Positions 1 to 10,575 are shown, counted from the stretch's first letter. The stretch: DNA of 64,000 nt from an uncultured archaeon (GCA_000965745.1 CP009479.1:1600001-1664000); one strand, 5' to 3'. The notes: generated by a model not told the origin, from the sequence alone. Program-made: numbers and translations.

Positions 1-2
1 AG

Positions 3-248
3 ATCGGAATTCTACCATTGAAGGTAATCGCACCCATAACAGATTATAAAACACATTATGATTCGGTGCCTTGGATGGTAGAGTTATCTCCTGATGGGCT
101 TAACAACTTATCCAAGAGATCTGTTGTGGATTTATTCCAATTGAGATCAGTATCTCAGGCAAGGTTAATTAGAAACATTGGTTTAGTGATGGATGAGGAA
201 TTTCAACAGATCTTGGATGCCATAAAGATAGTTTTTGGGATTTATTGA
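3..248 (+). CDS. PemK/MazF-family toxin (5' partial)
   Basis: The frame is open from the window edge (IGILPLKVIAPIT...NNLSKRSVVDLFQLRSVSQARL..IG), a MazF/PemK pattern. Confidence 0.8.
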   Translation: MGILPLKVIAPITDYKTHYDSVPWMVELSPDGLNNLSKRSVVDLFQLRSVSQARLIRNIGLVMDEEFQQILDAIKIVFGIY

Positions 249-272
249 TCTATATCTTTTGGAATACAGATC

Positions 273-458
273 TTAATTTTCGAACACGATTTCCATCACT
301 TCTTTCAACTTTTGTGTGACTCTTACCCCTTTCTCCGTTATTCCTATCATATTCTTCATTGGGTGTGAACTGTTATCTTTCCTTGATGTTATCATATTCC
401 AATTCTCACCCAATTCAATAATAGAATATGCCTGATGACTATTTACTACTTCAACCAA
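273..458 (-). pseudogene. possible winged-helix protein C-terminal fragment
   Basis: ITEKGVRV..KL wing-like motif; in-frame stops lie just upstream. Confidence 0.3.
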
Positions 459-503
459 TTTTGAATATCTTTATTATACTCACCGTAAATGTAGGATACC
501 ATT

Positions 504-588
504 GCGGAGGTTGTCGAGCTAGGTTAAAGGCGATGGATTTAGGGTCCATTCCCGTAGGGGTTCGCCGGTTCGAATCCGGCCCTCCGCA
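504..588 (+). tRNA. tRNA-Leu (anticodon TAG)
   Basis: Acceptor stem GCGGAGG/CCTCCGC, anticodon stem ATGGA/TCCAT with loop TTTAGGG, long variable arm, T-loop TTCGAAT, discriminator A. CCA is not encoded. Confidence 0.97.
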
Positions 589-761
589 CTTTTATTGATA
601 TTAGCGGTTTTGTGAAAGGTCTGGGTGTTGTTGATAACATCAAAATTTGCTATGTAATTTTCAACCGGGGTCTCAAAGTATCGGCTCAAATTCAGGCCTA
701 ACCGCTTACCCCGTTCTATCAGGCTTTCATCAACCAACAAGGTCAATTTTCTTTTCATCAT
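519..761 (-). CDS. CcdA/RHH-like antitoxin or small regulator; tail runs antisense into the tRNA
   Basis: MKRKLTLLVDESLIERGKRLGLNLSRYFE is a ribbon-helix-helix pattern. Confidence 0.55.
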   Translation of the reverse strand: MMKRKLTLLVDESLIERGKRLGLNLSRYFETPVENYIANFDVINNTQTFHKTANINKSAEGRIRTGEPLREWTLNPSPLT

Positions 762-914
762 AGTAAATATATATAAGTATAGAAATTATATTAAATTTTG
801 GAGGCTATTCGTGTAATATGCAAGTTCATGCATTAGTCCAACTATGGTGACCTGTTGGGAGAATTATCGTCAAATGCATTCTCCCTTTATCCTTCCCTTT
901 GTTTATGCCCTCCA

Positions 915-1451
915 TCAGATCACTTCCAGAGGTATGTCGACCGTCACAATTTGGTTTTGAGAAGGAATATGATAAATAGAGATATCCCAAGCCGGGGTGA
1001 ATGAAATGTACATCTGCATGGTAATGTTCCCGCTTTTAACGTATGTTTGAGAGTTGAATACAAGTTCAATCATGGTCTGATTTACTTGATGAACCTGGAA
1101 AGATGTTGACGAAGTACCATCTGGGAATCTAAGAGTAGCATTGTTGATGTAGAACGAAGAGTCAGTGTAGGGACTGGATAGAATCTGCCTAGTCTTTTGA
1201 ATAGATACACCCACTGCAAAGCTGGAAGATGTGCCAATAGGTATGTTCGGGGCTTTTCCGGTCAAATTGTACGTGGAACTCATGTGCCCATTCGTGAACT
1301 CAACTTGCTCATATGCCACTCCTCTATTTTTGTAGTCGCTCTGCGCAAGGGTGTGAGGTGGCGCGAAAATAGAAAAGAGGGTGTAGCCCAAAAATACTAC
1401 TACTAAAGCAATTACCACAAAAACTGCCTTTTTATGTCTCATTCTGATCAT
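915..1451 (-). CDS. membrane-anchored extracellular hypothetical protein
   Basis: N-terminal basic stretch plus TM helix, followed by an S/T/N-rich beta region. Confidence 0.7.
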   Translation of the reverse strand: MIRMRHKKAVFVVIALVVVFLGYTLFSIFAPPHTLAQSDYKNRGVAYEQVEFTNGHMSSTYNLTGKAPNIPIGTSSSFAVGVSIQKTRQILSSPYTDSSFYINNATLRFPDGTSSTSFQVHQVNQTMIELVFNSQTYVKSGNITMQMYISFTPAWDISIYHIPSQNQIVTVDIPLEVI

Positions 1452-1617
1452 GCATAGAGCCCCATGTTAAAATCTATAGTACTACTCCCTTCATACAGCG
1501 GTGCATGGTTGTATCCCTCTGTGATGGTGACTGTCGATGAATATGTGAAATATTCTATTGCGTAGCTCGAAGGATAGTAATTGAATTAGTTTGTGTTTGT
1601 GTCTATGCCGAAAATCA

Positions 1618-2011
1618 TTGAATATTTTGTATGTGGGATTATGAGGTCCGTGTAATAGACGGTCGAAAGAATATTGGGCGACTCATAGCCGTTGGGTCAA
1701 AACGAATAACCTCACGCAACATTGACTTCGGGAATGTCGTTATAGCCAATACGGAAGGAAGCATTACTTACTCCGCTATTAAGTGGCTTTCGATGAACAG
1801 CATCCCTGTTGTATCTCTGGATTGGGATGGAGAGATAATAAGCATAAAAGATCCTCCTTATCTGGAAGGAATCAAGAGATTAAGGCAGTATGATGCCTAT
1901 CTGAATAATCGTATTGAGGTGGGCAGGGATATAATAACTGGAAAATAAAACCACACCAAAGACTTCCTCTTATGGCTAAAGGACAGATACGAGATGCGCT
2001 TAAAAAGATAA
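1618..2011 (+). pseudogene. cas1: Cas1 (solo/casposase-like) N-terminal remnant
   Basis: VVIANTEGSITYSAIKWL..NSIPVVSLDWDG...RLRQYDAY..RIEVGRDIITGK, then a stop at 1946-1948 and in-frame NHTKDFLLWLKDRY. The catalytic C-terminal half is absent. Confidence 0.7.
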
Positions 2012-2049
2012 TTTACTTAAGTTATGTTATTAGATAATATTGTCATTCA

Positions 2050-2889
2050 TTGGTGATTAAGTTGAAGGAGAGAACTATTGTGATAACCGGGGCAAGTGAC
2101 GGAATAGGCCGTGCTGCAGCAACACACCTAAAATCTAGCGGTGCTAATGTTATAATAACTGGAAGATCCAGAGAAAAGACTAAAGCTGTGGCTGAAGAAC
2201 TAAAAGTGCCTTATTACATAGCAGACTACTCAAGTTTGGCTGAAGTGCGGCAGCTTGGATCAGACTTAAAAGGGGATTACTCTACAATCGATGTTCTCGC
2301 GAACAATGCAGGAGGAATTATGGGTTCCCAGAGAACTGTCACAGATGACGGCTATGACAGAGCAATCCAGGTGAACCATCTTGCTGGATTTCTGCTTACA
2401 AACATCTTATTGGACACTCTTTGTGCTTCAAAGGCAAGTGTGATCAACACATCCAGTGCTGCTCAGCAATTTTCAGGGCTTACAGACTTAAGTGATCTGA
2501 AACTTGATATTGGCTATAGCAGCATGGGAGCATATGGCAAGAGTAAACTAATGAACGTTCTCTTTACTAAGGAGCTCCACAGACGTTACAATTCTCTAGG
2601 AATTTCGGCAGCTGCGTTCCATCCGGGGGTTGTAAGAACAAATTTTGGGGAAGAGTTCGGAGGCAGGACCAAACTCCTCTATTCAGGACCCATAAAGTAT
2701 GTATTGAAGACACCTGAGAAGGGTGCAGATACATTGATCTGGCTAGCAACATCTCAACCAGGTAAAGACTGGATCCCAGGGGAATATTACAGCAAGAGGC
2801 ACATAAAGCGCCCCAATAGGCAGGCTGAAGATGCTGAAAACGCAAAGATCCTTTGGGAAGCTTCATCAAAGGCAACTGGATTGCCCTGA
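2050..2889 (+). CDS. short-chain dehydrogenase/reductase
   Basis: TGASDGIG, NNAG and YGKSK motifs. Confidence 0.92.
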   Translation: MVIKLKERTIVITGASDGIGRAAATHLKSSGANVIITGRSREKTKAVAEELKVPYYIADYSSLAEVRQLGSDLKGDYSTIDVLANNAGGIMGSQRTVTDDGYDRAIQVNHLAGFLLTNILLDTLCASKASVINTSSAAQQFSGLTDLSDLKLDIGYSSMGAYGKSKLMNVLFTKELHRRYNSLGISAAAFHPGVVRTNFGEEFGGRTKLLYSGPIKYVLKTPEKGADTLIWLATSQPGKDWIPGEYYSKRHIKRPNRQAEDAENAKILWEASSKATGLP

Positions 2890-3085
2890 GATTCAACTAT
2901 TTGGTTCCTATCTTAAACTGGGTAGGCTACTTTTCTTGAGTATTCAGATTAAGTTCTAATCAGTTTCAGGGAATTTTGCATAGGTTCACCTGTAAAATTA
3001 GTGAGAATTGGGTCCAAATATCGCCAGCAATGAATAAGTTGCGATAAAGGTATGAATTAAATGAGTGCAAATTATGCCTTTAATG

Positions 3086-3922
3086 TCATCGTTTGTAGAA
3101 AATCATCTCTTTGTGATCAATGTCGTATGAAACGATGTATCTCTTCAGGAAGTCATGACCTATCAAACCATCATGTATTATGTCCTGAAAGATCACTTTT
3201 GGTTTTTCCTGCATTAAATCTGGGTACCCATCTAGTGCAATTGCTCCCTTCATCTCCGCAAGAAATCGCTCGTAATCATGTCCTGTTTCGTCTGTTCCCT
3301 TGAATGATTCAACATTCGGGTCATCGTGGGTTACTCCCAATTCAGCCATTAGCTTTGAGTTGAGTATTAGCAGATCTGATCCGGTGTCAACTTCAAATTT
3401 TCCCAGTCTTCCGCTTGGGAGCTTTATTTTGACATATAATGAAACTGAGGGTCCATTGTATTCAATTTCAACTGGAACTCTAGTTCCATGATCAAATTGA
3501 CTTTCTCTGGCAGTGGTATCGGTAATTTCGAGAAAAGGACCAGAATAGTTCATTGTTAAGACACTTCCTTTGAAAAATCCTATGGAAAGGATACCCTTAA
3601 TTTCTTCCAGAACAGGGGGAAAACTTGAGGTGTCAAATATACCAACTTCAAGGTTTTCTCTCACTAAGTTACCTGCCTCAATGGATGGTACCTTAACCAG
3701 TGGTAATTCCAGTTCTTGGCCAGACATCCTCTTCCCAATCATTGTTCCAACTTTTTTCAGGGATAGTTCTTCCACGAAATCTCTGGACAGAACCGTTGGA
3801 CCTATTCCAGTGTCCATCAGAAATTTGACCTCATTTCCGTTGACTTTAACGGGGATTTGCATTATGTGGTTGCCAATTATCGAAAAGGGTATTTTTTCCA
3901 TATGTGAGAAATATACGCTCAT
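3086..3922 (-). CDS. two-domain retropepsin-like aspartyl protease
   Basis: FLMDTG...GILS and FEVDTGS...GLIG. Confidence 0.85.
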   Translation of the reverse strand: MSVYFSHMEKIPFSIIGNHIMQIPVKVNGNEVKFLMDTGIGPTVLSRDFVEELSLKKVGTMIGKRMSGQELELPLVKVPSIEAGNLVRENLEVGIFDTSSFPPVLEEIKGILSIGFFKGSVLTMNYSGPFLEITDTTARESQFDHGTRVPVEIEYNGPSVSLYVKIKLPSGRLGKFEVDTGSDLLILNSKLMAELGVTHDDPNVESFKGTDETGHDYERFLAEMKGAIALDGYPDLMQEKPKVIFQDIIHDGLIGHDFLKRYIVSYDIDHKEMIFYKR

Positions 3923-4137
3923 ATTATACTTATATTGGCACTCCTGGAGGCTGGTGCTATATGACTATGTTTTTTGATCTGAAGTTCTGTTACCAGAATT
4001 TCTCAGAACCTTGAATTTTCAAAAAAATTTTAGAATGAATTAGGCAAATTCTTAAACAAAACTGTGGGCTCAGCTAAACCACTACCAATCCTGGCTTATT
4101 ATCTTGATAATGGGGATGGGTTTAGAGTCAAACCATC

Positions 4138-4554
4138 TCATTTTGTAATAGGTATCCTTTTGATTTCCTTTATGCCTTCAAAATCCGGATCATCTGTTAT
4201 AATTTCAGATATATTCCGCTCAATTGCACAGGATAAGTGAATTGAATCTCGTGGATTAAGATTGTATTTTTCACGGATAACCTGGCTTCTTCTAATTATC
4301 TCATCGTCAACCGATATAAATCTTAGGAAGGGAAAATTCAGGAACTTCTTGCCGACTTCAATAGCATCTGTTTTTCCCAGGGTTAGTTCAACAACATAGG
4401 AGACCTCGTCCCAAGTTAAGGTCGAGGCATATGCCTGTATATCTTTTCCCTCTATTTTGGAGAGAATTTCTCTTGCTGTTTCAGATTCTTTCAGTTCATT
4501 GTAAAGAACAGGGTATAAGAAAACGTTAGAATCAATGTAAAATGTTCCTTTCAT
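4138..4554 (-). CDS. vapC: VapC PIN-domain toxin
   Basis: YIDSNVFL...E...DSIH...ITDD.DF acidic tetrad. Confidence 0.9.
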   Translation of the reverse strand: MKGTFYIDSNVFLYPVLYNELKESETAREILSKIEGKDIQAYASTLTWDEVSYVVELTLGKTDAIEVGKKFLNFPFLRFISVDDEIIRRSQVIREKYNLNPRDSIHLSCAIERNISEIITDDPDFEGIKEIKRIPITK

Positions 4555-4572
4555 ATTGTTCCTCTGTTATTT

Positions 4573-5829
4573 GGTCATGTGCACCAAGTGCTGTAAATTA
4601 AAGAGGGACTCCCCCACCGTGCAACTCCTCCATTCTCAAATACTTTCGCCCAGTGATCCACTCCTCATTCACGTCCATCAACACCGCTCCTGCCAACCTG
4701 ATCAACGCTTTCTCAGATGGAAACGCACCCACTTTCTTTGTACGACGCTTGATCTCGTAATTGAGACGCTCCATCATGTTTGTTGTTCTTATCCTGCGCC
4801 AGTGCTGCTGTGGACAGGACTGATAGTTGTACAGTGAATCCGACCATCGCTCGTACATCTCAGCAGCCCTGTCCATTCCATGATCCATCAATGCCTGCTG
4901 TGCCAGAGGCATGAGTGAAGGATTCTCAAGTGATTCCTTCACTATGAGTGATACTGACCCCCATCTTTTCTTTGGAATCTTCTTCATCAGGTTCCTGATG
5001 AAATGCACATGGCAGAACTGCCATGATGCACCCGGAAAAGATCGGAGTACAGCCTCCCTGATTCCCTTATGGCCATCTGATATCACCAGCTCTAAGCCTC
5101 TCAGACCGCGATCCTTAAGATCATCGAAGAATGATTCGTAGTCGATTTCTGTCTCAGAGTCATAAAGCCTTGCTCCCAGGATTTCCCTGTATCCATCCTC
5201 TCTCACGCCAGCAGCAATGTACAGCGCCATGCTTTTGTACCTTGAATCCTGGCGTACCTTGATGTATGTGGCATCCACATACATGTACCTGATCTCCTTT
5301 TCTATGGGACGCTCAAGGAATTCCTTCACCTTTTGATCCAGATCGGAGGAGAGTGATGAGACATAGGACGGGGATACTTTTCGTATCCCAAGGGTCTCAA
5401 CAATGCTCTTCACTCTCCTTGTTGAGACACCCTGTATGTACGATTCCAGGATTGCTGATTCAACTGCTCTCTCGACTCTGCTGTACCGGTTAAATACCTG
5501 AGTTTCGAATGGAAACTCACGTATCTGGGGCTTCTCCAGAGTGAGATCGCCGTCCGATGTCTTCAGTGATCTCTTCCTCTTGCCATTCCTGTGTGCTTTC
5601 CTCTGATCAGATCTCTCGTACCATTTCGCCCTGATCTGATCCATAGCTTCCCTGTCCATGACTTCGTTCAGAAACCATTCGATCAGCTGTTTCTTCCCTT
5701 CCTGATTGTCATTCAGGAAATTGCTTATTAATTCCTCTACCATGTTCAACTGGTCCTGCATCTTTTGGTCCTCCTAATTCCAAATTTTGCGGGACCTCTT
5801 TAAAATTACATCACTTTATGCACACGATC
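4573..5829 (-). mobile_element. IS256-family element, 1257 bp
   Basis: Imperfect IRs GGTCATGTGCACCAAGTGCTGTAAATTAAAGAGG / GATCGTGTGCATAAAGTGATGTAATTTTAAAGAGG; 8-bp TSD TGTTATTT at 4565-4572 and 5830-5837. Confidence 0.95.
4598..5761 (-). CDS. IS256 transposase
   Basis: YVDAT, ISDGHKGI, CHVHF and TTNMMERLN..IKRRT motifs. Confidence 0.95.
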   Translation of the reverse strand: MQDQLNMVEELISNFLNDNQEGKKQLIEWFLNEVMDREAMDQIRAKWYERSDQRKAHRNGKRKRSLKTSDGDLTLEKPQIREFPFETQVFNRYSRVERAVESAILESYIQGVSTRRVKSIVETLGIRKVSPSYVSSLSSDLDQKVKEFLERPIEKEIRYMYVDATYIKVRQDSRYKSMALYIAAGVREDGYREILGARLYDSETEIDYESFFDDLKDRGLRGLELVISDGHKGIREAVLRSFPGASWQFCHVHFIRNLMKKIPKKRWGSVSLIVKESLENPSLMPLAQQALMDHGMDRAAEMYERWSDSLYNYQSCPQQHWRRIRTTNMMERLNYEIKRRTKKVGAFPSEKALIRLAGAVLMDVNEEWITGRKYLRMEELHGGGVPL

Positions 5830-6521
5830 TGTTATTTTCTTTATATCAATTCTTTTGGTGAGCTTCTTTGAATAAGTTGTGCAATAATAGTCCACATATG
5901 ATACGGATTCTGGCTTGATTTTCTTTATTATAACTGAATCATCAATAACATCAACGATAACCTCAGAGTATTCCTTGATCCCGATCTTATCTCTGATATC
6001 TTTTGGTACGACTACCTGGCCCTTAGGTCCAACAGTGGTCTTCTTTCCATATAATAGTTATATGTATAACTTTTATATATACACCGTTTATTCGAAAAAG
6101 TCACTCATTATCAATCTCTGAAATGACCCTCAACAAATCATGTCTAAGAACAATTGATGACTAAGCCTTTATTTTATGGATTTGGGCAAGATTTCTGCAA
6201 CCGATACTGCTGTTGAAATAACTATGAAAACACTGGTAAATCCTCTATTATTCTTCATCCTGGCACAGCCCGTTCCCGGCACTTAATGATGCACTCATCT
6301 GTATTATTCCATTAGCAATTGAAAAATGTTTTCATGAACCTTGTGGGTGAATTTTCAGCTGCAGTCGGGAGATGTATACTAGTTATATCGGGCTTTGAAC
6401 AACATGTTAAGAGGCCCCGGTGCACAATCCGGATCGTATAATAATGAGCAACCCGTATGGATACGCAGGGACGGGATGGATTTTGTCTTTCACGACAGGC
6501 CTGCCCCGGAGGTTTTGTAAT

Positions 6522-6962
6522 ATGGCAATTGAAAGAAGATCGAGAGTGGTTTGGGAAGGAGACCTGCTCAAGGGAAATGGAAACATTGAGTTCCAGTCAA
6601 GCGGGTTGCACAGCACGCCTGTCACATGGGCATCAAGAACTGAGGATCCGAACGGAAAGACCAGTCCAGAGGAGCTCATGGCCGCAGCACACGCAGCATG
6701 TTTCTCCATGGCACTCTCAGCTACGCTTGCACGGTCAAAGCATCCGCCAAAAAGCCTTGATGTAAGTGCAAAATGCACCCTAGACAAGAAGGATGAGGGC
6801 TTCAGGATAACAGACATGCACCTCACTCCTCTTGTTGGCGAAGTTGATGGTATGTCAGAGGATGAATTCATAAAGGCAGCCAATGAAGCAAAGGAAGGTT
6901 GCCCAGTGTCCAATGCATTGAAGAATAATGTGAATATCCACCTTGACGCCCGGCTGAAGTAA
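6522..6962 (+). CDS. osmC: OsmC-family peroxiredoxin
   Basis: SPEELMAAAHAACFSMA...CPVSNAL; GGAGG precedes the ATG at 6522. Confidence 0.92.
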   Translation: MAIERRSRVVWEGDLLKGNGNIEFQSSGLHSTPVTWASRTEDPNGKTSPEELMAAAHAACFSMALSATLARSKHPPKSLDVSAKCTLDKKDEGFRITDMHLTPLVGEVDGMSEDEFIKAANEAKEGCPVSNALKNNVNIHLDARLK

Positions 6963-6991
6963 AACAGCCTTTGAATACATCACTGTTCAGA

Positions 6992-7435
6992 TCACGGCTG
7001 TGAGTTCCTGTACCTCTGTGGCTCCCCCTTCCTGCCCATTGCAGTGAGAATAACTGTGTGCAGGAGAGCAACAACGGAAAAAACGAACGGAATTCCTGCA
7101 AGCAGACCCGTGAAGTTGAGGTAATACATGCCGCCAGCCTTCTGCTGGCTTAACGGGAACAATACGGCGATAAGGACCCATGATACAGCAACAAGAATGC
7201 CAAGGGATAAAATCCTGGCATTTTTCCATTTTTCTGTAATTCCTAACAGTCCATATGAAAAGAGAAATCCTGCACCAACTGAAAGTCCAGTAACAAGGGC
7301 ACCAAGAACTCCATAGTGTGAAGCGTAAGTTGATGCTGCATACGCAAATAGAACAGCAACCCCCAGGACAGGAAACATTGAAGCCAGGAAAATTCGAGCC
7401 TGTTTCCTGGTAATTTTCTGGGTGTACACATACAT
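6992..7435 (-). CDS. hypothetical 4-TM membrane protein
   Basis: Four hydrophobic segments; start taken at MYVYTQK. Confidence 0.65.
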   Translation of the reverse strand: MYVYTQKITRKQARIFLASMFPVLGVAVLFAYAASTYASHYGVLGALVTGLSVGAGFLFSYGLLGITEKWKNARILSLGILVAVSWVLIAVLFPLSQQKAGGMYYLNFTGLLAGIPFVFSVVALLHTVILTAMGRKGEPQRYRNSQP

Positions 7436-7599
7436 GCAACAGCTGTTATTATTTAAATTGAGGCGTGGCGGTTCCCAGAGATGATTTTCTAAAAGTCTCA
7501 CAGAAAAAGGGGCCTGTAACCACGGGGTATCAGGCTGATACAATTCAGAAATCACTGTTCGTTCAGTTTGGCGATCCGGCTTCCCTTGACCCAGCCGCC

Positions 7600-8020
7600 T
7601 CTGATGTATTCATAATCCTGCCAGTGATCGCTGTAGGAACAGTTGGCAAACCGGGACTCTGTCTTTTCTCTTCTGATTAATATGTGAATATCTCCCTTTT
7701 CAACCTCATCCTCATCGCCTTGGTGTGGAAGAAATGGAGTTCCAGGGTCCTGTCATCCTCTTCCGAAGCCTCTGACTACATCTGCCCCTTTGTTGGCAAC
7801 ATCACCGACAATTTCTCCGGATTATTCTGCTATGCCTTCCTTTTTCTTCTTATCTTTCCCTTCTTCCATGCATTTTCCCCTTTAACACATTTGTAAGCAC
7901 TCTTGCATCCTTTACCCATAGCATCCCACAAGTGGGACCTGATAATCAGCACCCTATTGCGATACAATCCAGTTTCAGTCTGACTACTCTGGATTTGTTC
8001 CGTTAAATCTTCCAAATCAT
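7600..8020 (-). pseudogene. possible degenerate transposase remnant (IS1182-like C-terminus)
   Basis: Fragments KGCKSAYKC..KIRRKRK and RREKTESRFA lie in different frames with many stops. Confidence 0.25.
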
Positions 8021-8125
8021 TTCAGGTCAGAATCAGGATCGTCAAGTGTCCATCATCACTGTCAGGTTCAAACCCGGACTGTTGATCCTGTCTGGGCGGA
8101 GGATTGGATCGCCACACCAAAACAC

Positions 8126-9385
8126 TCATGTGGCTTCATTTGCTGGCCGCTCCTTGTGTACTCTCCCATCTAGCTTCCACAGGCTTCTCATCGATGCAAA
8201 AACAAACGTGAAAAGAACCATAAGAATCCCCGAGATTATGAAGTCAACCATTATGCCATAAAGAGCTATAACTGCTGCTCCGGCTGCAATTGCAACCGGG
8301 CTGATTGAGGAAAGGGCACCGTCAATCGCAAAGTAACGGCCCCTCATATTGGGCGGAACAATGTTGTGTGCAGTAGTAAGCCAGACGTTCACAGATATGC
8401 CGAAACATAGCCCAACGATGAAAGTGAAAAGAATAGCTGTATAAATTCCGGGGACTATGCCCATCGCGAGAATGCACAACCCTGGTATTCCTCCAAATAG
8501 AACCACGTTTATTTTGCCTGAATATTTCAGAAGGTTCAGCCTTCCGCCAATGAGCGAACCACTCACATCTCCTGCAGCCAGTGCAGACAATATAAGACCA
8601 TAAACCAGGGATGTAGCATTGATCCCAACTGCAACGTAAATCACGTAATAGGTTATGATCATGTCCATGAAGAAGTTGAAGAAAGTGGCCGAAACTGTTA
8701 GCAGGAAAAAGCCTTTTCTTGCTACCAGCCATCTGAACCCTTCCTTGAGGTCTTCCAGCATGGAGGGTTTCTTTTCCTGTCCGGATGGGTGTGTAGCTGT
8801 TTTACTTTTCAAGAATGGCAGCAGGATGAAGGCAGCAAACAGTGCAGAGGCAAGATACGCCCCGGCGCTGAAAAGGAACCCAGATAGAACCCCGAGGGCT
8901 ACTATCAATCCTCCGGCAAGCGCATTTGAAATTGATTCCAGGCTGCTTCTGAGGGCCCGATAAATGCCGTTGGATTTTGCAATCGTGCCACTTGTTACAA
9001 CATCGGGCAAGGCAGAAAGTCCCGCCGACCTCGTGATCTCCCTGCTTGCTCCCCATACGACTGCCAGCATGAGCACCGCTGCCATGTCAAAGGAAAAAAA
9101 GAGCACGTTGAATGACAAAATCAAGAAGACTGCAAAACCTGCCACTCCGGAAACTGCAAGAAGCATGCCCTTGTTTAGGCGATCCACCAATGTGCCAACC
9201 GGAAGTGAAACAAGAAGTGCAGCAAGCGTCTCCAATATTGCAACAAGGCCAACTGCAACTGCAGATCCTGTGAAGGAAAAAACATACCATGTAAGGCATA
9301 CCTGGGCTACACTGAAAGCGGAAATGAACGTGGAACTCTGCCCAAGGAGCCCAAGAAACTGGGTATTATGCTTTGACTCATTCAT
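8126..9385 (-). CDS. MFS transporter
   Basis: About 12 TM segments; GTLVDRLNK motif A; VPPNMRGRY. Confidence 0.9.
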   Translation of the reverse strand: MNESKHNTQFLGLLGQSSTFISAFSVAQVCLTWYVFSFTGSAVAVGLVAILETLAALLVSLPVGTLVDRLNKGMLLAVSGVAGFAVFLILSFNVLFFSFDMAAVLMLAVVWGASREITRSAGLSALPDVVTSGTIAKSNGIYRALRSSLESISNALAGGLIVALGVLSGFLFSAGAYLASALFAAFILLPFLKSKTATHPSGQEKKPSMLEDLKEGFRWLVARKGFFLLTVSATFFNFFMDMIITYYVIYVAVGINATSLVYGLILSALAAGDVSGSLIGGRLNLLKYSGKINVVLFGGIPGLCILAMGIVPGIYTAILFTFIVGLCFGISVNVWLTTAHNIVPPNMRGRYFAIDGALSSISPVAIAAGAAVIALYGIMVDFIISGILMVLFTFVFASMRSLWKLDGRVHKERPANEAT

Positions 9386-9531
9386 AAAAACTTCACTTGA
9401 ATTTTATTACAGGGCATTTTTGAGGGATTCTTGTAGGTATTTGTAAGGCTAAGATCCTGATGTCATCCAATGAACTGCCCAGACCCTGCTAAGGTGTCGG
9501 AGTATTTAACTGCTGCACATCCAGGCTGCAA

Positions 9532-9838
9532 GGTGACCGCTACACAATGAACCTTCCAGGCGCAACAACTACCAATTACGCATCCTTTATAACTGAAGCC
9601 CCTACTTTCAATAACGTTAAATCAAATCCCAAAATTCAGCTCCGTTTCTTTCACGAACATTCAGATGGAATATGATAACAGTGGAACTATTTACAGTGTT
9701 ATGGGTTCAACTCCATTGGGCTCAGCAGAATGGGTTCAGTTCAAAATGATGCAGGACGGCAATGATTTGAATATACAGAACTCATTCACAAGCTCTGCCT
9801 CTTCAACTAAAGAAACTTGGTTAAACAGCGATTATTAA
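9532..9838 (+). pseudogene. G1 (glutamic) peptidase-like C-terminal remnant
   Basis: ASFITEAPT, a frameshift, then QIPKFSSVSFTN, resembling AEWIVE.P...F..V.FTN. Confidence 0.5.
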
Positions 9839-9969
9839 GCCCAATTTAAAATCAGATCGTAATTAACTGACGGTCTGAAATTTTTCTTTTTATATCTCTG
9901 ATTGTGATATCTCTGATCGCAAAATCAATCTACTTCTATTGTTTAATAAGTATGCTGGTGAAGAAGAGC

Positions 9970-10236
9970 ATGGAGCACAAGATATTTTTGGGAATCGTTT
10001 ACGCGTCGATTGTGGTTGGTGTAGGGCTTATTCTGTACGGACTTTTCTTGTTCCAGAGTTCTATATTACTTACGTTACCCGGGATGGGAATTCCGGCACA
10101 TCCGGCAGGTCCCAATATATACCTGTATCCACTTGATGTAATTGGTATAGCTCTGACTGTAGTGGGAACAATTGTTTTAGTTCTTGGCATATTCCATCTT
10201 ATCCGTGGTCAGAAACGCCCCTCTCCCCAATATTAA
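9970..10236 (+). CDS. small 2-TM membrane protein
   Basis: GGTGA SD 8 nt before the ATG; two TM helices. Confidence 0.65.
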   Translation: MEHKIFLGIVYASIVVGVGLILYGLFLFQSSILLTLPGMGIPAHPAGPNIYLYPLDVIGIALTVVGTIVLVLGIFHLIRGQKRPSPQY

Positions 10237-10308
10237 GAAGGGCGACCACCCGTTAAGATGATCGCCCCTCTAAATAATTAGTTTGCACAAACAAAACAAA
10301 CAGGAATG

Positions 10309-10339
10309 TGGATTTGTGTATACTGCATATACAAATCCA
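10309..10339. terminator. 13-bp inverted repeat between convergent ORFs
   Basis: TGGATTTGTGTAT-actgc-ATATACAAATCCA. Confidence 0.4.
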
Positions 10340-10575
10340 TTTATTTCAGCCCGATACGCATGATTGCCTCCAATATCTCTTCATTGCCTCGCTGTCAAGT
10401 TGGTACTCGAGTTCCTTGACCGCAAGCAGGCCCCTCTTTATCAGCTTCTGGTACTTGTCCATTGCATCTTGAAGGAGTTCCTGGATCTTGATCTCCGAAA
10501 TTTTCAGCCCCTTCCTTACACCATCGTAAAATACCTTTCCCGCGTTGCTCATGCAACACAATCCGGTTTGAGCAC

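Larger units (their letters stand above)
4532..6050 (-). pseudogene. AbrB/MazE-type antitoxin, frameshifted and interrupted by IS256
   Basis: TTVGPKGQVVVPKDIRDKIGIK...IKKIT, then the IS, then EEQYERNILH* overlapping the vapC start. The ATG at 6050 is one base out of frame. Confidence 0.8.
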
